In this document: positions 1 to 4,217 of the stretch, piece after piece | Layout of the letters: each line of letters begins with the position of its first letter | Position numbering within the stretch: position 1 is the first letter of the stretch | Virus record (IMG/VR): IMGVR_UViG_2681813320_000008 | Location: 1 to 5,907 of that record | Direction: 5' to 3' (one strand) | Source of the DNA: a virus | Lineage: Duplodnaviria; Heunggongvirae; Uroviricota; Caudoviricetes | Length of the DNA stretch: 5,907 nucleotides | Translations under genes and position numbers: made by a program | The notes under the pieces: model-generated | What the model saw: the letters and a program-made list of their open reading frames with translations, nothing else | What the model was told of the DNA's origin: nothing | Database searches by the model: none

Positions 1-111
1 GTGCTTTTGCCGTTACGCACCACCCCGTCAGTAGCTGAACAGGAGGGACAGCTGATAGAAACAGAAGCCACTGGAGCACCTCAAAAACACCATCATACAC
101 TAAATCAGTAA
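1..111 (+). CDS. 3-prime end of an upstream ORF running off the window edge; function unknown (possibly the hydrophilic C-terminal tail of a holin or late-region protein)
   Basis: Frame 1 is open from base 1 to TAA at 109-111 (VLLPLRTTPSVAEQEGQLIETEATGAPQKHHHTLNQ). Only 36 codons are visible, which has a substantial chance of being open at random. No family motif recognised. Confidence 0.2.
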   Translation: MLLPLRTTPSVAEQEGQLIETEATGAPQKHHHTLNQ

Positions 112-210
112 GTTGGCAGCATCACCGGCGACGGTAAGGGTATTCACGTCTTCCCGAAGCCTGGAAATGCTGTCGAGCAACTCCTGTAGAGAAATGGTGT
201 TATTGTCCAT
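100..210 (-). CDS. Hypothetical 36-aa protein (MDNNTISLQELLDSISRLREDVNTLTVAGDAANLLI), absent from the supplied ORF track
   Basis: ATG at 210-208 preceded by a Shine-Dalgarno-like TGAGGA with a 6-nt spacer (minus-strand reading of 225-211: TCATGAGGATTATTT); stop TAG at 102-100. Hydrophilic, helix-prone sequence. Short and unconfirmed; overlaps the partial + ORF convergently by 12 bp. Confidence 0.3.
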   Translation of the reverse strand: MDNNTISLQELLDSISRLREDVNTLTVAGDAANLLI

Positions 211-315
211 AAATAATCCTCATGATTGTATTGACCTGTTAGCAGCCTGAGGCAACAGGCTGGAACTGATAAACATATCCAGGGCTCAGAAACCGATAAA
301 TCCTGATAAATATCC

Positions 316-849
316 ATGAACGCAAAAATCAGATACGGCCTGTCGGCTGCCGTTCTGGCGCTGATTGCCGCTGGTGCGCCTGCGCCTGACATTCTCGACC
401 AGTTTCTGGATGAAAAGGAAGGCAATCACACCACGGCATACCGTGATGGTGCAGGTATCTGGACCATCTGCCGTGGTGCCATCATGGTGGATGGCAAACC
501 TGTCGTTCCGGGCATGAAGTTGTCGAAGGAAAAATGCGACCGGGTTAACGCCATTGAGCGTGATAAGGCGCTGGCATGGGTGGAGAAAAACATCAGAGTG
601 CCATTGAGTGAACCCCAGAAAGCGGGGATCGCGTCATTCTGTCCGTACAACATTGGCCCCGGTAAGTGTTTTCCGTCGACGTTTTATAAACGAATTAATG
701 CAGGTGATCGCAGGGGAGCGTGTGAGGCGATTCGCTGGTGGATTAAGGACGGTGGCAGGGACTGCCGTATTCGCTCAAATAACTGTTACGGTCAGGTATC
801 CCGTCGTGACCAGGAGAGCGCGCTGGCGTGCTGGGGAATCGACAGATAA
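316..849 (+). CDS. Phage endolysin, T4-lysozyme-like (GH24) with N-terminal signal-anchor-release (SAR) domain
   Basis: 177-aa ORF. N-terminus MNAKIRYGLSAAVLALIAAGAPAP has basic residues followed by a weakly hydrophobic Gly/Ala/Ser-rich segment, as in SAR endolysins. Catalytic triad spacing E-x8-D-x5-T (EGNHTTAYRDGAGIWT) matches T4 lysozyme E11/D20/T26. Overall pattern (GIWTICRG, KRINAGD, C-terminal CWG) resembles P21 R / P22 gp19-type lysozymes as recalled. No Shine-Dalgarno visible upstream of the ATG. Confidence 0.9.
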   Translation: MNAKIRYGLSAAVLALIAAGAPAPDILDQFLDEKEGNHTTAYRDGAGIWTICRGAIMVDGKPVVPGMKLSKEKCDRVNAIERDKALAWVEKNIRVPLSEPQKAGIASFCPYNIGPGKCFPSTFYKRINAGDRRGACEAIRWWIKDGGRDCRIRSNNCYGQVSRRDQESALACWGIDR

Positions 850-939
850 GCAGAATATTTTGCTAATAAATGACGTTGGCCAAGGCGGACGGATAACACG
901 AAATCCTGCGAACTGGCAAAATGTAAGTGAATAAAAGTA

Positions 940-977
940 AAAACCCCGTTTGTTGGCAGCAAGCGGGGTTTTGTTTT
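940..977 (+). terminator. Rho-independent terminator-like stem-loop, potentially bidirectional
   Basis: AAAACCCCG (940-948) pairs with CGGGGTTTT (964-972), extendable by inner T.G/T-A/T-A pairs to about 12 bp with a 9-nt loop; followed by a T-run (TTTTGTTTTT through 978) and preceded by an A-run, so the reverse strand gives the same structure. Lies about 90 bp downstream of the endolysin stop. Confidence 0.55.
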
Positions 978-1043
978 TATGGCAGTAAGCTATGGGAGGC
1001 TGCCTTGATTGATTTTAGCAAACTGATTAGGGAGTTGCGACTC

Positions 1044-1139
1044 ATGATTAGTCAATTACCAAACTGGAAATTTTTGCTGGTCTGGAGCATCCCTTTTTTA
1101 TGGGTAGTATCCCAGTTAATTGTGGCAATTAAGGGGTAG
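1044..1139 (+). CDS. Hypothetical 31-aa single-pass membrane peptide (MISQLPNWKFLLVWSIPFLWVVSQLIVAIKG)
   Basis: ATG at 1044 preceded by GGGAG (1030-1034, 9-nt spacer); Trp/Phe/Leu-rich hydrophobic core; stop TAG at 1137-1139 lies 2 nt before the next ORF start. The longer track ORF from 927 crosses the terminator hairpin and has no RBS, so only this C-terminal part is retained. Confidence 0.3.
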   Translation: MISQLPNWKFLLVWSIPFLWVVSQLIVAIKG

Positions 1140-1141
1140 CT

Positions 1142-1273
1142 ATGTCAGACAAACTCATAACGCCGGCAAAGGTCCTGTGTGTGATTGTCGGTATTTCATT
1201 TTCACTAATGCTGGTTGCTCTTTTTCTGTCCCTCGCCTGGGTGATGTTGTCTTCGTCGGGGCTGCTGGGGTGA
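1142..1273 (+). CDS. Hypothetical 43-aa single-pass membrane peptide (MSDKLITPAKVLCVIVGISFSLMLVALFLSLAWVMLSSSGLLG)
   Basis: ATG at 1142 preceded by a strong Shine-Dalgarno AAGGGG (1131-1136, 5-nt spacer); about 25-residue hydrophobic stretch; stop TGA at 1271-1273 overlaps the GTG start of the next ORF (GTGA). Not in the ORF track, probably due to a length cutoff. The overlapping track frame (1120-1392, TTG start) is Cys-rich and unprotein-like over this stretch. Confidence 0.5.
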   Translation: MSDKLITPAKVLCVIVGISFSLMLVALFLSLAWVMLSSSGLLG

Positions 1274-1392
1274 CAGTGACTGATGACATCAGCAGAGCGC
1301 TGGCTTTTGCTATTAAGTGGGTGGCTGTTGGTATTGCTGTGTCTCCGATGCTGTATGGGCTGGCAAAACTGGTCATTGCGCTGAAATCGTGA
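1270..1392 (+). CDS. Hypothetical 38-40-aa membrane peptide (...TDDISRALAFAIKWVAVGIAVSPMLYGLAKLVIALKS); paralog of the next ORF
   Basis: GTG start at 1270 overlapping the previous stop (GTGA), or alternatively GTG 1276 with GGGG 5 nt upstream; hydrophobic core; stop TGA 1390-1392. Clear similarity to the peptide at 1404-1490 (RALAFAIKWVAVGIAV versus [16 protein letters not shown]) supports this reading frame. Confidence 0.45.
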   Translation: MTVTDDISRALAFAIKWVAVGIAVSPMLYGLAKLVIALKS

Positions 1393-1403
1393 ACTTTAAA
1401 AAG

Positions 1404-1490
1404 ATGAGTGCTGAACTTATTCGGGCAATGGCATTTGCCATTCGTATTGTGGCCATTGCTGTTCTGGTCTGGGCAATCCGTTGGTGGTGA
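1404..1490 (+). CDS. Hypothetical 28-aa membrane peptide ([28 protein letters not shown]); paralog of the previous ORF
   Basis: ATG 1404; stop TGA 1488-1490 lies 1 nt before the Rz ATG at 1492. Hydrophobic helix with C-terminal RWW. No clear Shine-Dalgarno (AAAAAG upstream), so translation may rely on coupling. Confidence 0.35.
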   Translation: MSAELIRAMAFAIRIVAIAVLVWAIRWW

Positions 1491-1491
1491 T

Positions 1492-1959
1492 ATGAACCGT
1501 GTTCTGTGTGTGGTGATTATTGTCCTGCTGGTAGCCTGTGGTGTGCTTAGTCTGGGGCTGAATCATTACCGCGATAACGCCATCACCTACAAAGCGCAGC
1601 GCGATAAAAAAGTCAGTGAGCTGAAACTGGCGAACGCGACAATTACTGATATGCAGATACGCCAGCGTGATGTCGCTGAACTTGATGCCAGATACTCGAG
1701 GGAATTAGCCGATGCGAGAGCTGAAAATGAAACTCTGCGTGCTGATGTTGCCGCTGGTCGTAAGCGCCTGCGGATCAACGCCACCTGCTCCGGTACCGTG
1801 CGTGAAGCCACCGGCACCTCCGGCGTGGATAATGCAACCGGCCCCCGACTGGCAGACACCGCTGAACGGGATTATTTCATCCTCAGAGAACGGTTGATGA
1901 CAATGCAGAAGCAGCTGGAAGGGGCACAGGACTATATCCGCACTCAGTGCCTGAACTAA
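1492..1959 (+). CDS. Rz: i-spanin (inner-membrane spanin subunit), lambda Rz-like
   Basis: 155-aa product [39 protein letters not shown]... with N-terminal transmembrane domain and coiled-coil periplasmic region; near-colinear with lambda Rz as recalled ([34 protein letters not shown]). Start trimmed from the track's GTG 1408 to ATG 1492 by that alignment. Confidence 0.9.
   Translation: MNRVLCVVIIVLLVACGVLSLGLNHYRDNAITYKAQRDKKVSELKLANATITDMQIRQRDVAELDARYSRELADARAENETLRADVAAGRKRLRINATCSGTVREATGTSGVDNATGPRLADTAERDYFILRERLMTMQKQLEGAQDYIRTQCLN
1712..1897 (+). CDS. Rz1: o-spanin (outer-membrane lipoprotein spanin subunit), lambda Rz1-like, embedded in the +1 frame of Rz
   Basis: 61-aa ORF wholly inside Rz in another frame. 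Lipoprotein signal with lipobox LVVSAC, proline-rich mature region [32 protein letters not shown] closely matching lambda Rz1 as recalled ([32 protein letters not shown]). The start could instead be the internal ATG at 1727. Confidence 0.85.
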   Translation: MRELKMKLCVLMLPLVVSACGSTPPAPVPCVKPPAPPAWIMQPAPDWQTPLNGIISSSENG

Positions 1960-2256
1960 GTTTTGCTGATGCGCCGTATCGTCGCTGTATTCCCTCATTA
2001 ACAGAGACCGCAGCCCGACAGGGAGACTCCTCTGCGCGAGTGTGCGGGGATAATCAAAAACGATACACACCGGGGTTTACCGCGTTAACGGAGCGCGGCG
2101 TTGTCCCCTCATAGTCGCCAGTCCGGTGCGATGGTGGAAGAAACAGGACGATGTGTTACCTCGCAAGCCCTGTTATGTCATGTGTCTGATTTGTGATTTA
2201 AGTCGGATAATTGTCGTTGCCATTAAGCAGAGGATTGATGACCGACAGGGCGGCAT

Positions 2257-2279
2257 TGTTAGAATAAGACTTATTCTAA
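2257..2279 (+). promoter_or_regulatory. Candidate extended -10 promoter (TGTTAGAAT, 2257-2265) overlapped by a 21-bp perfect palindrome (TTAGAATAAG-A-CTTATTCTAA, 2259-2279), a putative operator for the downstream lipoprotein gene
   Basis: Perfect 10-bp arms with a 1-nt spacer, directly seen; TGnTAGAAT matches the extended -10 consensus TGnTATAAT at 8 of 9 positions; located 19-40 bp upstream of the lipoprotein ATG at 2298, with a possible -35 TTGATG at 2235-2240. Confidence 0.35.
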
Positions 2280-2297
2280 TCTGTGCGGGGAATGAAA

Positions 2298-2624
2298 ATG
2301 AAAAGAAATCTTCCGTTAATTATTTTGTTGTCTTCTCTGGTTATGGGCTGTACGCAACATAAAACAGATATGCCCCGACAGTTGGTTAAGGCATTACCAC
2401 AATATCCGGCCTATGCAGCGGCAAATTATATAAAGGGACGGGTTGATGTGAGGTTTGATATTGGTGCTGATGGTACTGTCACCCGAATTGAGTTTATTCG
2501 TTCAGAGCCGCACCATCTGTTTGATGAGCAGGTTGTAAAGGCGATGGCAAAATGGCGATTTGAGAAGGACAGGCCGTGTAAAGGCGTGAAGAAAACGTTT
2601 ATCTTTAGTCCTTCTGCGCACTGA
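2298..2624 (+). CDS. Lipoprotein with TonB C-terminal-like domain (phage moron candidate)
   Basis: 108-aa product MKRNLPLIILLSSLVMGC... with basic n-region, hydrophobic core and lipobox-like LVMGC. Mature part carries the TonB C-terminal pattern PQYPAYAAANYIKGRVDVRFDIGADGTVTRIEFIRSEPHHLFDEQVVKAMAKWRFEKD...KKTFIF (YP..A...G.V.V.F.I..DG.V......S...LFD..V..A...W.F). It lacks the proline-rich spacer and N-terminal membrane anchor of true TonB. Start chosen at ATG 2298 (GGGG 7 nt upstream) rather than the track's GTG 2283. Confidence 0.75.
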   Translation: MKRNLPLIILLSSLVMGCTQHKTDMPRQLVKALPQYPAYAAANYIKGRVDVRFDIGADGTVTRIEFIRSEPHHLFDEQVVKAMAKWRFEKDRPCKGVKKTFIFSPSAH

Positions 2625-2755
2625 TTATTTCATCAGAAATTAATTATCACTCTGTTGTTATTCTGTACATCCCGGCAGGGTAAGTATTGTTCCGTCGGAT
2701 ATGAAGATGAAATATTGTTGGAGGACAGTGGGTACCTGCTCCTGTAACCGAACGT

Positions 2756-2956
2756 TCATTTCTCGTTATTTGTCATGCTGGCCGGGCGCAGATGCGTTGC
2801 ATCTGTTGCCAGCCTTCTCCTGCAGGCTTCAATAACCCACGCTGAAAAGTTACCGGACCCTTTATGCTCAAGGGCGATGTTGATCTGTTCAATCATGTGA
2901 TTGGGGAAACGGATATTGCGGGTTGTGGTTCTGCGGGTACGGTTTTTCGATGACAT
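2756..2956 (-). CDS. Small ribbon-helix-helix DNA-binding protein, YlcI/YnfO-like (DUF3950 family) as recalled from E. coli cryptic prophages
   Basis: 66-aa product MSSKNRTRRTTTRNIRFPNHMIEQINIALEHKGSGNFSAWVIEACRRRLATDATHLRPASMTNNEK: basic N-terminus, a beta-strand-like NIRFP followed by two helices (an Arc/CopG-like arrangement). Start set at ATG 2956 with a strong RBS (AAGGA, 7-nt spacer) instead of the track's upstream ATG 3016, which would overlap the HNH gene start. Confidence 0.65.
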   Translation of the reverse strand: MSSKNRTRRTTTRNIRFPNHMIEQINIALEHKGSGNFSAWVIEACRRRLATDATHLRPASMTNNEK

Positions 2957-2997
2957 ATTTATTTCCTTTACTGATTGCCATATGACGGGGATTTTAC

Positions 2998-3363
2998 ATG
3001 GCTGAGCTTCGTACACTCCAGAGCAGAATCAAAACACTGAATACCCGACGGGTGAATATTCTGAAGGGTGAACAGCGTCGTGTCAGTGGCAGTGCACGTG
3101 TTTCCCTCAAGCGTCATATCTGGCTCAGGGATGCCGGGCAGTGCTGTCTCTGTGGTCGTGTGGTTGACCTCTGTGACAGTGAACTCGATCACCGAATTGC
3201 ACTTCAGTTCGGTGGTGGTAATGAGGAGACGAATCTCTGGACGCTCTGTACCGAATGCCATCGACAAAAGTCTGCTCGTGAAGCGGCGAGTGATATGCCG
3301 GACCCGACGCTGCCGGAGGTGTCCGGAGGTAGTGGCAGAGAGGACGACATCATCGGACTGTAA
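2998..3363 (+). CDS. HNH endonuclease, phage packaging-associated
   Basis: 121-aa product with two CxxC pairs (CCLCG, CTEC) and the HNH core DHRIALQFGGGNEETNLWTLCTECH; sits immediately upstream of the putative cos region and terminase genes, the arrangement known for HK97-type cos phages (gp74). RBS ACGGGGA 7 nt upstream of the ATG. Confidence 0.85.
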   Translation: MAELRTLQSRIKTLNTRRVNILKGEQRRVSGSARVSLKRHIWLRDAGQCCLCGRVVDLCDSELDHRIALQFGGGNEETNLWTLCTECHRQKSAREAASDMPDPTLPEVSGGSGREDDIIGL

Positions 3364-3653
3364 CCCGACCCCGGGGGGGTATCATCCGGCGTAAAAAACG
3401 ATCGCTTTGGACACCGCGCCCCCTCTCACGCAGAGAAAAAATTCCCGTTTCAGGGCAGTTAACATGTTAACTGGCTGCCCGGGCATTTTTGCGGTTTTTA
3501 TCTTTATTATTCAGTTTGTTGTGCGGAAAAAATGTTAACAGGCTTTTTCAGCAAATGTTAACCAGGCAGCAGTTAACATTTGCGGCATGAGACGCCGGGA
3601 AAAATGGGCTGAACCATACCCGGCTGAGTGCGTTCTGGACCCGGGAGGAGGCT
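3364..3653. other. Putative cos / packaging-initiation region (non-coding, between HNH endonuclease and terminase small subunit)
   Basis: 290-bp non-coding gap in the position where cos lies in HK97-like and lambda-like genomes; contains a CCCCGGGGGGG tract (3369-3379), A/T-tract-rich, probably bent DNA (3485-3530) and clustered GTTAAC-containing repeats. The exact cosN nick sites cannot be assigned from sequence alone. Confidence 0.4.
3456..3581. repeat. Cluster of five GTTAACAT/ATGTTAAC motifs: an 18-bp perfect palindrome (3456-3473), a solitary copy (3532-3539) and an inverted repeat with 10-bp arms and a 9-bp spacer (3553-3581)
   Basis: Directly seen: CAGTTAACATGTTAACTG (3456-3473) is self-complementary; AAATGTTAAC (3553-3562) and GTTAACATTT (3572-3581) are reverse complements; ATGTTAAC also occurs at 3532-3539. 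Five copies of an 8-mer in 126 bp is far above chance. Function (terminase small-subunit sites, or operator for the RHH protein) is inferred. Confidence 0.6.
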
Positions 3654-4217
3654 GTGCTGACAACGCAAAAACGAAAATTTGCGCTGGCGCTCATGTCCGG
3701 GAAAAACAAAACAGCGTCAGCCATTGCCGCCGGTTATTCGGCGAAGACCGCCAGGGTTAAAGGCTCGCAGCTGGCAAAAGATCCTGAGGTGCTTGCGTTT
3801 ATAGCCCGTAAACAATGCGAGACGGTGGAGGTGGATGAGGTTCCTGTTTACCGGCAGAAAAAATCAGAGCAGGAGGATAAACCCCGTCGCCGTGAGGCGG
3901 CTGCAATACCACAGCCGGACGAAAACAATCCGGAGATGCCACCGTCCGCGGTGATGTCTCCTGGTATTGAATATATGGAGGATGGTCTTCCCGATCCGGT
4001 GAAAGCCATGGGGCGGATCCTGGTGGAAAACCTCTGCATTGATCCGAAACTGGCACTGGATGCGGCCTGGCGTCTGGCGCAGTTCACGCACCATAAAAAA
4101 GGGGATACCGGGAAAAAATCGGCAAAAGGTGATGCCGCGAAAAAAGCGGCTAACCGTTTTGCGGTGCCACCGCCCCCCCGACTGGTGGTGAATAACGATA
4201 ATGAGGGCAACGGATGA
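3654..4217 (+). CDS. terS: Terminase small subunit (Terminase_2-like, N-terminal helix-turn-helix)
   Basis: 187-aa product; N-terminal KRKFALALMSGKNKTASAIAAGYSAKTARVKGSQLAKDPEV fits the TerS HTH pattern (AGYS.KTA); charged low-complexity C-terminus; stop overlaps the terminase large subunit start (ATGA at 4214-4217). GTG start at 3654 with GGAGG 5 nt upstream. Confidence 0.8.
   Translation: MLTTQKRKFALALMSGKNKTASAIAAGYSAKTARVKGSQLAKDPEVLAFIARKQCETVEVDEVPVYRQKKSEQEDKPRRREAAAIPQPDENNPEMPPSAVMSPGIEYMEDGLPDPVKAMGRILVENLCIDPKLALDAAWRLAQFTHHKKGDTGKKSAKGDAAKKAANRFAVPPPPRLVVNNDNEGNG

Noticed and set aside
144-425. 93-aa minus-strand ORF from the track overlapping the endolysin start
   Set aside because: Antisense to the well-supported endolysin N-terminus, no recognisable motif or RBS; typical shadow ORF.
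426-934. Track ORFs 426-653 (-) and 608-934 (+) inside or overlapping the endolysin
   Set aside because: Alternative-frame or antisense readings of the endolysin coding sequence; Arg/Ala-rich low-complexity translations; the + ORF also runs into the terminator hairpin.
927-1139. Full-length 70-aa version of the first small ORF
   Set aside because: Its first 17 codons span the terminator stem-loop and T-run, and no RBS precedes ATG 927; only the C-terminal 31 codons from ATG 1044 (with GGGAG upstream) were kept, at low confidence.
1120-1392. 90-aa track ORF starting at TTG 1120
   Set aside because: Its N-terminal 50 codons are Cys-rich and unprotein-like, and the overlapping frame from ATG 1142 has a strong RBS and a clean transmembrane helix; the region is better explained as two overlapping small genes (1142-1273 and 1270-1392).
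1408-1959. Longer Rz start at GTG 1408
   Set aside because: Recalled lambda Rz alignment begins at the methionine encoded at 1492; the upstream extension overlaps the 1404-1490 peptide ORF in another frame.
1155-2070. Minus-strand track ORFs 1155-1376, 1587-1859 and 1705-2070
   Set aside because: Antisense to the peptide cluster and to Rz/Rz1; no motifs; Rz/Rz1 are strongly supported on the + strand.
2259-2279. Possibility that the 21-bp palindrome is a Fur box (iron regulation of a TonB-like gene)
   Set aside because: Attractive biologically, but the half-sites (GAATAAG) do not match the GATAAT hexamer pattern of the Fur consensus well enough to claim; left as an unassigned operator.
2126-2362. 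78-aa + strand ORF overlapping the lipoprotein promoter and start
   Set aside because: No RBS or family features; it would preclude the well-formed lipoprotein signal peptide in the other frame.
2756-3016. Long 86-aa version of the minus-strand RHH gene starting at ATG 3016
   Set aside because: The extra 20 N-terminal codons overlap the HNH start and lack an RBS; the internal ATG at 2956 has a strong AAGGA RBS and matches the recalled YlcI-family N-terminus MSSK.
2968-3394. Track ORFs 2968-3267 (-) and 3068-3394 (+) inside the HNH gene
   Set aside because: Alternative-frame or antisense shadows of the HNH endonuclease coding sequence.
3364-3653. Search for a lambda-type cosN sequence (GGGCGGCGACCT) to pinpoint the cohesive end
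   Set aside because: No such sequence is present in the intergenic region; the cosN position therefore cannot be assigned by eye and is left undefined.
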